Shown here piece after piece: positions 48,950 through 60,499 of a DNA stretch of 64,000 bases. The translations under genes and the position numbers were made by a program. The number at the start of each line of letters is the position of its first letter. Within the stretch, counting starts at the first letter, position 1. Location: positions 186,001-250,000 of the forward strand of contig JAYWIR010000015.1 in assembly GCA_036172245.1 (NCBI GenBank). Reading direction: 5' to 3'. The notes under the pieces were generated by a model that was not told the origin of the DNA, ran no database searches, and was given only the letters and a program-made list of their open reading frames with translations. This DNA is from Raillietiella orientalis. Its lineage: Eukaryota.

Positions 48950-51650
48950 ACAACGCAAAGCTGGTCACGCTAGCGCGAAGGCAGAGGCGCTGAGACCTGC
49001 CGCAGTGCAGGGAGTGACGCTGCCAATCTTCACCAAGAAGCAGAATGGCAGTTCCCGCGTCACGGTTCCCCGTAAGCTACGAACGAACTGCTGGGACCAG
49101 TTTCTGAAGAGCAGCATCCGAAGCTGGGTCCATCCGCTTGTCTGCAGTTGGATGTCAATGATGTGACGTGAACGGCTCAGGTTGCAGGTTTCTTTGCTAA
49201 GCCCTCTTCCAATGCACCGTGCACAAGAGATGGTTCTCTTCGTAGTCTCCCAAGAAGACCACGGCTTGCGGTTCCTTCCCGCCCGAGCTGACGGTGGCCC
49301 GTGGAGAGGTCCGACTGAAAGTGACCAGCTCTGGAGAAGGGGTATCAGAGGATTCCTCTTGCCGGACGTGTCAGGATGTCAGTAGCCTGGTTTTGTCTCT
49401 TTCAATGAACCATCCTGGCATGCTAAAGAGATGCAAATCGTTATCGCACATGGTCCCTTCTCTTGCTTAAACTTTGATCCATGGTGGTCATTTAGAGTGA
49501 GTAAATTCCGATCTTTCCCTCCCTCCCCGGTTCCTTTTTCGCCGAGTCAGAAGTCAGGAGCCGGGTTCAATGTTTTGTAGAAATCGACATCCTTTGAACT
49601 ATTCCTTCCCTACCATCTCCCAGAGCGGATTTCGGTAAGAACTACCAATGATGGACGAAGGTGGCTTGAGGACATCCCAAGCTTGTGGTTTTAGGCTTAC
49701 GGTTTCTTTCTGCGTTCGTGGACCCGACGATGAAACCGACAGCCAGCTGCAGCTTTTCGTCTATATGAGACCCTAAGAGCGATTCCAAAAGCAGATTTTC
49801 CAAACGTTCGGAAGACTGCGGTGAGAGATGTGCATGCTACTCTCATTCCTCGACAGTTTCCTATTATAGTACCACTTTTAATTTAATAATGACTCCTGTT
49901 GGGAAAAAGTGAAAAACGTCCAAAGCAGCGGTGCATGCCAATTGAAGGACTCACTGTCAGGATGCACGCAAGGTTCTTCTTGGTTTCCAACCAGGAGCTT
50001 CGGCACTTCGATTTCTTCAAAAATATGGTTTGAGCAATCAATAAGCGCCACCCGACAAAGGATCTCCGGGTAGGGGGAAGCATAAAAGAAAAAAAATTCC
50101 TGCGCCGTTTCTTTCGCAGGTGGTGCGTTGCTGCCCACCAGCAAGTTCGCTTCTCTTCCGCATCCTGATCGAACGGTTTCGCCGTCGCCACGTAGGCACA
50201 TCGCTCTCCCTATGGCACTCTGGAGCATGGCGTGCATCTCGGGAGACATCACGGAGAATTATCTCGAAAAAAAAAAAAAAAAGTGGCAAAATTCCGAGAA
50301 GCTGAATTAACCGATGGAGAGGGGAGGGATTTGCCCGTGACAGAACATAAAGATAGTTTCGACCGAATTCGACCGAAAGATCATGTAGTCACAAAGGTCA
50401 ACCAGATGGCGCTCTTTTTTTTGGAGATGTTTGCATGATGTGACATAGGGTCGCTCCCAGTCTGAATCATCTAAAGGGTACTTCCTGCTATCTCAAGTGT
50501 ACACACGAACACCAGCCGGTTGACGCCTCATTTATGGTTTTAACAGTCACAAGCGTTGAAGAGTGGTGACTCGAATCGATCAACATATCTTTCGTTAAAG
50601 CAACGAATTCACGGTGAGCTCAGTCCCTGTGGAGGGAGGTCGATCGGACCATGCAAGAAGACGAGCGGCTGAAGAAACAACAAGGTGCAACTCGTGCCGC
50701 TCTTCGATCCCTTCGCTAAAGACCTTGCGAGAGGACCGGCTCGAATGTCAGGGAAACAAGCTTATCCCCTCCAAGATCTCCGGATTTTCATCCTCGGAAG
50801 ATCCCATAATTATTTGTATTTGGAACCAGCGAAACAACAACTGCGCCATCATCGCTTTTTTTTTTTCTTTTTTTGTCACTCATCGCAGACGATTGAAAGC
50901 CGGAGAGAGCCAAGTGTCCAATGAAACTTCCTCTTCCAGAGAGAAACAGCAATTCTTGCAAAATTAGACGTTCACGGCTCAGCTGCTCATACGAGATGCA
51001 TTTGTGATTTGCACCCCATTTTCTTGGCGAAGAGCGATTTCTGGTACCGTTTCGTGAATGCGTTCAACGCTCTTTTGTTGGAATACCTCGTTAACCTGCC
51101 CTTGTAGCAGTAAAACTATCCAATATCATCCTGATAAGATTGCAGCATCCTTTTTAACGATAGAAATGATTGTCTTTTCAAAGAGGGGATAGAGTTCTTT
51201 CACTCATGCGTCTTCGAACAATTTCCAAACCAAGTGTTCCTCTTAGCATTCACGGACAGGCTGCAAGGGAAATAGGAAATCGGGAAGAGCAAAAGGTCCT
51301 CCTCTCTTTCTGGAATCGTCATCGTCCCTACCAGCACTCTGATTTCGCCGAATCGGGCGGTCCAGCGGCTCTGAGGAAGCGGAAATTTCCAACTACATGA
51401 CAACTAACCCGTGACTCAGTAGCGCAAGGTCCATTGTGCAAGAGCGCTCGCCGCCCTTCGTTGCCTTGCCCTTTGAAAAATGGATTTAAATGGCAAAGCA
51501 GCAGCAGCCGATCTTTAAATTCAGTACTTTGCGAAGGAGAACTATCAGAAACTCCGCATGCGATGGTAGAAGCTGTATTCGGCTTTCTTTCCTCTTCTTT
51601 TGTATACCTCCATCGGAGATGTGTATCTTGTTCATATTTGTGGCCACGCT
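48950..51650 (-). mobile_element. Decayed LINE ORF2
   Basis: VLVGTMTIP, AILSG*Y, KETAQEFFFFYAS, EIEVPKLL..HPDS, TSLTAVF, LENLLL..HIDEKLQLAVGFIVGST, NPLIPLL. Confidence 0.45.
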
Positions 51651-51801
51651 TCCGAGCTCGCTTCCCTGATCGTCCAATTGGATAGCATCGGTAGGACCAA
51701 GGAATTAGAACACTACTTTTGAAATGGAAAATGAAACGGGTAGACTGAGGCAGGACTCTTGGTTACGAGAGTGTCCGCGAAAACTGCGTAAATCCTAGTG
51801 A

Positions 51802-52530
51802 GTCCGTGTCGGAGACCGTGTGGTTACGGTGGTCCCCGCGCGTAGCACCATGCTCGTGGGTTCGAATACTCCGAAGGAATCGACGCAGTGCGTGGTGGGT
51901 TCCGAGTATGATGACGCTGGCTGACCTACATTCATCCGAGTGCGGCACTGGTAGTGGTTGAAACCGGATGCCCCCCATGACGGCCGGGACAAATGGGAGT
52001 CGATCTCCGGGTCCTTCCAGGAATCACGGAGTGGGAGTTTCCCTCCGGTTGTGAAGGAGCGGACCCCCCATTCCGGAGGGGACCCCTCCGCGTCGGACTG
52101 ATGGAGTAGGTGTGCCGCCACCACCTCTCCAGGGAGTACAGAGAAGCGAGCCGATCTCTTCGGGCAAGCTGCGTCCTTCTGAATTTCGTAAGCGTCGCTT
52201 CTGGGTCCTCTTCAGAGTAAACAGGAGTGAATCCCTTGCGGGAGATCCCTCCGGAGAAGGAATTCCAGGATCGTATCCTTTCCGAGTTCCCTTCAGAGAA
52301 GGAAGAATGGAGCGGATCCCCTCGGGGTCCTCCGGAGAGAATCAGGAAGGAGGATTTCCTTCTGGATTCTCTTTCGGAGACAACCAGAGTGGAGGTGATC
52401 TCCATTTCCGGGGATCCCTCCCCAGGCGTGAGAGGAACGGACTCCGAGTCCTTCCTGGATTCATAGGGCGGACCTCTCCCGGGGTTTCCCCTATCTTGAA
52501 GAATTACCCTCCCTCGGGTGGCGTGGAACC
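51802..52530 (+). mobile_element. Family-X copy 2: 729-bp insertion with a 16-bp TSD and a tRNA-like 5' head (SINE-like)
   Basis: GCGTAAATCCTAGTGA occurs at 51786-51801 and 52531-52546. The head carries GACCGTGTGGTTACGGTG and CGTGGGTTCGAATAC (B-box-like, 51859-51869). The body is homologous to 4155-4700 (reverse complement) and 62745-63390. Confidence 0.75.
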
Positions 52531-52619
52531 GCGTAAATCCTAGTGAACCATGAGTATGTGTTACTTTGCTCCGGATTCATTACTATGCCAACGTTTCCCT
52601 TCACCTGACTCAAAGAATA

Positions 52620-55100
52620 TTGTGGAATCCTGTCAGCCGCAGGCTAACTTGTAGGAAGGAGGGATTGGTTCGTAGTTATAACACTTTGACGATGGGTTCG
52701 CGGATATCCCCTGAGCGATGGAGACCCTCTGTCTGAGTAGCAGATTGCGTTTGGCAGAGAACTTCATGATGCTGAAGAACGCTTGTGATGGGTCGCCATT
52801 TCGGTATGCAGAAATCAGCCCCCTACGAAGTGGCGATTTCTCCTCTCAAAATGGCTGCTTCTTCATGGTTGATCAGCAAAGAATTCAGCAGATTTTCCAG
52901 TCAGGTCTTCTGACGAATTTGAAAACTCAGTGTGCCTGGAAATGAAGTAAACACGAGTTCTGAGGAACACCTCGCGGTGGATTTCGTAGCCATCCATCCC
53001 GCTAAAACCGCAAGTGTTCAATAGTTCTCATCGGTCACTTGCTGAAACTACGAATCCGACTTGTTCTTGAACCTTTATCTTGACAATATTTTCCAATGGA
53101 AGAGACAAAGAATAAGCTGAAGAGCAAGAATCCCTAATAAGAATTACGATGTATTTGTATGGGAGTTATTCGGTCACTTGATATAAAACTGCAGAGAGCT
53201 TCATGGTTCAAGATCAGTAATCACTTTTTTTTTTTCTCGGTGCAAGGATAGGAGTTGAAGAATGACCTGTTGATGGATAGTGGAAATGTTGTAAAAGCAT
53301 TTCATTTTGAAGAGAAGTATTTTAGTCTCAAAGACTGGAACCCATCAGTTTTCCACTCTTGGATCGTACTGGTTATTTGCATATAAAAGAGCTTCTTTGC
53401 GAAGGAATGTTGGGTCTTATTGCCATCTGTTACTGTTGCTCAGTTATAATAAAAAATCATTAGACGTATACGCGTCATTCTACTCAGTCCCAATGAATTA
53501 TCTATTCATTGATACTTCATGAATACAAACAAAATACATAGTGTGGTTCAGAGTAATGCACGAACAATAAAAGGTTTGCTATCTTTTTTTTCTTTTTACG
53601 AAGCTTCGCCTATTGCAAAGAGCACGCACGACCCATAGTCCTGGGGCAAGACTATGGGTCATTTTCGGAAAAGGGAAAGCTGATTTCATGCTGGAATAAT
53701 TTGAATCCCTAGTTTTTAAGTTTTACCTACGCAGTCGACTGATTGAAGCTTTGATGTTCGTACCTAAGCGGCAGCAGCAGGATGGCATAAGCTTACCAAA
53801 GTGCAGTTATATGTTTTATGTTATTACTCTGTCATATGCAAGCAGAAGAATTTGTGCTTCCTCAATAAGGATGGATCGGTCACCATTCGATCCGTACCGA
53901 ACGAGTTCAGAGAGCCTGCTTTCCTTCCATCTCATTAATCGCAAGACTCTGTCGCTTACATTGTGCAGTTATTTGAAGAAGTACTTTGCTATTTGAGCTT
54001 CTCCTGTAGTGAAGGTACTCATCACGATGGATAGATATGTTGAACAATTCTGCTGACGACTTAGCATCGTTTTTTCTGAAGCATCCACTATGACTTCGTG
54101 GAATTCTTGTAACTTATTCATGAAATTCGCTCTGTCTACAATGTGGCGTTTCCAAAGCGGATACGTCGATCATCCAGAGATGCTATCTCCCAGCTCTCCG
54201 GTATTGATGTGTTTTTTGCACAATAAATGTCTTCATTCTGCTTTTCATGAATAGACAGAAGCCGTTTACCTTGCCGCCAGTAGGGGTGGCAAGCAGTTAT
54301 GGGTGCTGCCGTTCGGAAACCGGTGGGGCAAAACTCGAAGGAACCAAATAGTATGACGAAATCCTATCGCACTTGTGTGTCGACCTGTTCCAGGAATCTC
54401 CTATTCATCCTGTGTTCCCTCACAGATGGTTTCCCCTTTGCTCGTTATGTCTTTCAAATCCCCCTCATCACTCTCGTTTTCGTCGATGGCTTTACCTTGA
54501 TGGCTGAGGGTTCTCAAATAACAAATCTGTTCGCTTTCCTCCTCCTCTCTCTTCTGTTTTAAACATCGGATCTCCTTCCATCATTCAACCGTTACTATGC
54601 CTTCTAATCTTATCAAGTGCAGGGAGCGTGCATCCATAAAGTAGATTACCTCTTGCCATACCTTCTGAGAGTGATTTTCTTCCAACAAGTTCCGCCACTT
54701 TTGGGCACATACGCTATTAACACTGAATCATATTATTATGGTGTTGTTTTCCTAGCACTGTTTACACACAAAAATAAGGATTTTCCTGATTTGTTACTCC
54801 CTTCCCATTGCTGCAGACTCTGTATGCTGTTTCTGGAGATTTACTCTATTCTTTTCTATCTCCTAGATATTTTGCTTCGCAAAAAAATGTACACCCTAGC
54901 TCAAGTTTCGCTGAGTTGTAGAAAATTACGCCTGATTTCAAAACTTCCCAACACATTTACAATGACTCTTTGGTTCCTCTGCTGGAACCTTGGAATGCAA
55001 CAGCCTCCGGAAAACGCTTGCAAGACGAGCCTGGATTTCGAGACCAAACGCCATCGGTCCGGGAGATAAACACAGAATGAGCGCTCGAACAGGTTGCCTT
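52620..55100 (-). mobile_element. Decayed Ac/hAT-like transposase
   Basis: SHCKCVGK..STTQRNL..H (BED), SIPESW, STSSNNCTM (DNa.Nm), TE*NDAY (TRWNSTY), QEWK, LSR*RFK (LDPRFK), VITTNQSLLP. Confidence 0.4.
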
Positions 55101-57029
55101 GACTGATGTCGGGTAGAGCGAACAATCCAGGATACAGAAAGGGAAAAAAAGATCATCACCATCATCGGCATCGTCCGGTCGCCTGGTTGTCCACTAGTCA
55201 AATGAGTACGTCATATCGAATGCAGCCAGTACAGTCCTGCATTCCCTAATCACTAGCAGTACCAACTATAATTACTGCAAGTGATCAGAGATGAACTGTC
55301 AGTTCCTGCGCGTGCGGATTCCTGCTATGTAGGTGACTAGCAATGGTTTTGATGCTATTTTGAAAAGAGGTCAAGAAGACCTCAAAAGAAGCGGGTTTAG
55401 GGGTAAGGTGTGAAGGATGGAGAAGGGCAAGTGGTTACTATAAACAGCATTGCTGATCACAGCGAAAATGAATTTAAACTCTTATCACGTCCAACTGGTC
55501 GAAGTAAAAGATGAATACCCTCACTCAGTACATCATCTGATTATCAACAAAACTGGAAAACAAGTACCTTGGCCGCAGGCGATGTAGCCGTAGTTCTTTT
55601 CTGCTTGAACTTAGGAACGATGGTGATCTTATATGGGAAAAAAAAGTTAAAAGAAACTGGAAAATCGCGAAAATAGCAGTGGTACCATTCTGTGGTCAAT
55701 GGCCGGCCGTGAGCGTGCTCTCATCCACGAAGCACTTTAGAAAGAATGATGAAGATACGATTGCTTCCAAACAGAATGGGGAGGCATTGCGAAACAATCA
55801 TCATTGCTGAAATCTGCTGGATAGTCGCCTAGATCTTCGAGTTTCTCAGAAAGCGGTACAGAGAAGCTGACAAGATTAGTAGTTACAATGCAAGAACCTC
55901 GCTGTGCAACCTCGGCTGATGAGAAGAGAAAAGAAAGACGTGAGAGGAGAACCTTCATAGAACCTTCATTCTGTCGAGAGAAAGGGCTCGGGAAAAATCA
56001 TTCCGTCGAAGAGTTCCGGGGTTAAAATTTTGTGGCTTTCCTCCATCCGTCTTTCACTTTCGACTCCATGCATTTGAAGCTTTTCCTGCGTCTACTATGA
56101 GCAGGCAAATTTTTCCCGTTCGTTCCTACCGAAATCCATTTCATCCATTCTACTGTGTTTGCTTGTTCCAAAAGGGAACGGGAAAGAAGGGAAGAAATTT
56201 TTGCAGTCGTTTCGGAATAATGCACCGCGTTCGCCTTCTGTTGCAACGGACTTCGAGATCCCATTTACGCATCTCCTTTCCGAATTTGTCATTTTACATC
56301 TTACTCGACTCATCTAGAAGCGAATCATGCCATGCCCGTTAAAGGATGGATAAAATATGAAAGGATATTTTCTCGTTTTCCCATCTCGTCGCCAAAGAGC
56401 TCAAGAAAAAAAATGTTTCTATAGGGTCTTCATGGGATAATTTATTCTGGACTTTATTAGGATTCACAGCGTCTTGATGGTTAACATTAATTGAACTATC
56501 TGCAGTATTTATCTTCCAGATCAGTTGGTCCGGAGCACAGAATTTCTGCGTCATAATCGCACATGAGATTTTTTGTTTTACCCTTAATGATGACAGTGCG
56601 AGGAATCGAGTGGTATAATGGATACAATGAAGAGTGGAATGCTACTTGGGAAAGTTCAAGAAGAGGGACGAATTGATGCGAAAGCAGAGGGGGAAAACTT
56701 TCTTGAGAGAGATGCATTGCATACCTCTCCTGTGTCAAGCATTTAGGCAACCAGGGAACTTAAGACAGGTACGCAACGAGCCCCAATAGAACTCTAGGAT
56801 TCTTTTTGAAGAGCGCTGATCTCAGAGGAGAGAAAGCTTCATTTTGCTGGAAGGATTAGGAAAATTGTTGCTACGCATCCAGGAGAATCTGCCTGTAAGT
56901 TGCAGTTGGAAGCGATAGGATTAGGCAAGTATACGCACAGTTGCGCCCGATGGACAAACAGGAGACAGTATTAATCAAGAATGAGATGTTTCAGCAACGA
57001 AGAGCACGGCGGCTAGAAGCTTAAGAGCT

Positions 57030-59900
57030 GAGCTGATGGTTTGATGTAGCTGTTGATTTTGGGTGCTGTGAACGATTCCTTGTTAACATTCCACATTCCA
57101 GCCTATGACTTTAATCGATGTGCACGGTATGGAAAAGTGGTAACCGTATCTCATCAGTATCGGCGTTTTGGTTGAGATCAAAGTGTTCGGGAAAGTAGAA
57201 ATGGGAGGAAACTACCTGGGCAAGTCAGAATATGGAATTTTCGTGTGAATAAGAAGAGGCAACGATCAATAGCTCTCATGACTCCAGGCTTCGACAGCGG
57301 TGTATCAAAGCACAAGACCATACAAATGGGCAGAATTTGTCACTCAACCATCGCTTTTACCCATTAAAACCATCCGCAGCTTGGATCTTTCAGAAACATC
57401 CCTAGGGACGTACCCTCCTAGAGATTCACCACGCAGGAAGTAGTAGAGCCTGATTCCGCCAGAAGGGCAAACATACTCTTCTTTCGGGTGAAGTGGACGA
57501 ACGAAAGGGAGAATATCTTGCCGGAAAGAAAAAAGCAGCAGGGAACGTGTAACTTGAGAGTTATGGCAAGTTGTTGTTGATTCCGTCGTAGTAGAGTCAG
57601 CCTTTCAGCTTCTAGACCAAGCTTCCGCTATAACAACAAGAAAGAACACCAGAAAGAGGAGAATCGCAAACTTCAGCTCCTAAGCTTTCCAAAAGCTAAA
57701 TAAGCAAACTGCATGAATAATCAAGATGGTAATTTCCTCTTTGGAACCTTCAGGCACTCAATGTGCAAGGTTCTTATGAGCGTTTCTCACCTCAACACTG
57801 AATCTCTTCTGAATCCAATGCCTCATATTTGAAGTCGCCCACACCATGGCAGTACCAACAGATGAACAGCATTTGGTTCCAACCTGCTTACAGGATGGTC
57901 GTGAAGACTCTTCAGGTGAAAACATTCTTTCAAGTCATTTTTCCCTTTCGATGACTGTTCCGCAAATCGCTCGTGCTCTGAAACAACCAGAAGACCAGAA
58001 TGCACGCTTATCTTGCCCGAGGCAAGAAGCAGGGCCTCAGGGACTCTTGCATGCAAGCAATGCAGCTCCTACAATCTGGCGGTTCCCAAGACATCAGGCA
58101 ACCATATGCTTCCGTCGATACAATGAACTGTCCTGAATGTGGAAAGATTAGGAAAGATTTTGTGTGATCAAAAGATTCTCGAACGGCAGTCGATGGTTCT
58201 TGTGGAGCGTTTTTTCAAAAAGAGTGCTCTTTAAACTAAAGAACTAGTAAGCAGAAGGAACTAATTCTTCTTCACACATACAACTCGTCTCTCACAGAGC
58301 GTTGGGGTCAGCATCCCCGCAGAAGAGTCATCCGCTGATCGGCATTCTTATGAGCTGCCGATATACTCGCATCAGCATGCACTGCAGAAAAGAACGGTAG
58401 GGATGCTCGCTCGCATCCCCTTAGGATTTGAATTGTGTGGAACGCAGCTCGCAATTGGGAAGAGACTAACGAGAGCTCTCTTGGCAAATGCAACCGCAGA
58501 AGAGATGGTCGACAGTGCTCCGATGCATGAACCCATCAGTGTTTGGGAACAAGCGCACCGCCCACGTGCCGTTCCCTGTCGTAAACAGACCGGAGTGCGA
58601 TTCTGCACGGAAACCTCGCCACATGGCCATGACGGCGCAAGAGACACGACGGCGTATTTGCTTCCGTTCCAGACCAGCCGTCTCTTCAGGATGGTCATGC
58701 ATTTCCAGACTGAGGAGTTGCATCGTTCATTGTGATGATGGTTCCCGTCTCGGACTTTTTCCCATCCAAGGAAATTTCAGTTTCCCGATTTCCCGATGGG
58801 CATTTCCCCACCGGGCCTTGCCTGCTGCAGCCTCAGTGGCCAGCGCCTACTGGATCTCCGAAGGGCTTTTCGCTATGAGGCGATCCGAGTTCTCAAAAGC
58901 AGGATGGAAGATTTCCGGCCTCCCGTACTTCTTATCCGAGAGTCCGTCATTTTGATTTCCTCCTCCTGATGTTTTCCCCACGGCTGCAGCGAGTCCCCTT
59001 TAACTCCGTCCCCGATTGTTCCCATGATGGATCGGTTTGGTCGGTTAGCGTCCTTGTCATCGGTTGCAGAACATCCGGAAGCCGTGCTGATTATGCTGAT
59101 CCTCATCCGTGATGAATGAGCTAGAGAGGTTTCAGTTTCTCCTTTCGACGAAAACAGAGGGCGCTTGCGCAACGTCAGTTTGGCCTTGACATGGAGCCGC
59201 ACCTTCCTTCGAGTCCTACACCGAGAGGCGGTCCAAATTAGGGCAACAGGGAATCAATTGACGGTCTACTGGTCAAGAACGGCTGAGCGCCCTGCTCCTC
59301 GGGAAAATCTGTCTTGATGTGCGCCTCACGGCGTGGTTCCAGATCTGCGGTTGAGTCCTCCTCATCCATCTCAGTCAGTCATCGCCTCGCAAGTCCCTGC
59401 ACCAGTTCATTCCCGGAAAAATTAGGAGAATGAGCAGTTGGTGGGTTGAAAATGACGCTGGCGCCGAAATCTCCTGGAAAAGTGGTATCTGGACACTCCG
59501 CATCCTCAGGTACGCCACCGAGGATCAGGAAACTCGTCCTGCATCAGGAATTTGAACACCAAGAAGCAGGGGCGTCGTCAGGAGCCGAGGTCATCTCTGC
59601 AGGGGAGAAACCTGAGGAGATTTTTGGTTTGTCTTCTGGGAACAGCAAGGAGACTTGTTCGATGCAGCAAATAGAGAAGAACTGAGAAGGAAGGAGCAAA
59701 GCGCAGTTTATGAACTGTCCACCCGGTGAGACGTGCGACTCCGGCTGCTCGACGCATCAAGAGCCGTACTGTCGGTCCTGTGCGTCCCACACCGAGATCC
59801 AGAACTGGTCTGGATCAATCCACTCGAGCCAGCGTCCGGCTCTCGTCTGGAGGGAGACACCCTCCAATCAGCCAGCCCGAGGGTTCAGGTAGAGAGGAGA
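57030..59900 (+). mobile_element. Decayed Ty3/Gypsy pol (protease, RT, RNase H, integrase)
   Basis: AVDFG (DTG), FQKLNKQT (DYRKLN..T), MPH../YQQMNSI, PFDDC (YLDD), QKELILL, LARIPLGFEL..IGK, HGHDGARDT..RSC (H2C2), HDGS, DPHP, RIKSRTVGP (GPY/F), in Gypsy domain order. Confidence 0.65.
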
Positions 59901-60499
59901 CATCTCTTCCCATGCACTGCCGATGCATATCCCTCCCCCTTTCTCCGCCTGAGTTACACACTTATGAAACTTCCAGAAATCCAGCTCATGGTAAGAGCAC
60001 ATGAAGTCGGTGAACACTTCGGATGCTACGCCGCAACTCCCTCGATCCCCTAGATCGGGAAGGAAGGGGGACGCTCACCGGCCCATGTGCGCTCCGACGT
60101 TTGCCTCTCGTAGGTTGGGTAGGCAGCTGAAAGGGTTTTCAATGTGAGCATACTTTCTACTTCCCTCAGAGCCTGGGTGGGGATCTGGCCGAGATTTTCC
60201 AACGGAGTGCCTGATGGTGGAGCTTCGTCTCTTGGAATGGCCAGCCAGATCAACTCATCCTCCCAGACGGTGGGCAGAGAAGACGGAGGTCCCCTCTTTT
60301 CAGGTCTCTCTCTTTCGTCTTCTCATCTTCTTCAGGGATCGAGCTTCTTCTGGCTGCTGCTTCTTTGGAGATCGGTCTGTAGCTGGAGGTAGAAGCTAAG
60401 AGGGGGAACACTGCTCAGAGGGGGAGGAGAAGGTTCCCGGTGGTGTCTAGCTCTTAGCAGGAAAGAGGTAGAAGGAGTCGAAAAAGAGACTCTGGCTTT

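Noticed and set aside
51802..51880. Functional tRNA gene
   Set aside because: I could not fold a convincing acceptor stem or anticodon arm. Only promoter-box-like similarity remains.
52200..52430. CRISPR-like repeat-spacer array
   Set aside because: The units are degenerate and irregular, the context is eukaryotic, and there are no cas genes.
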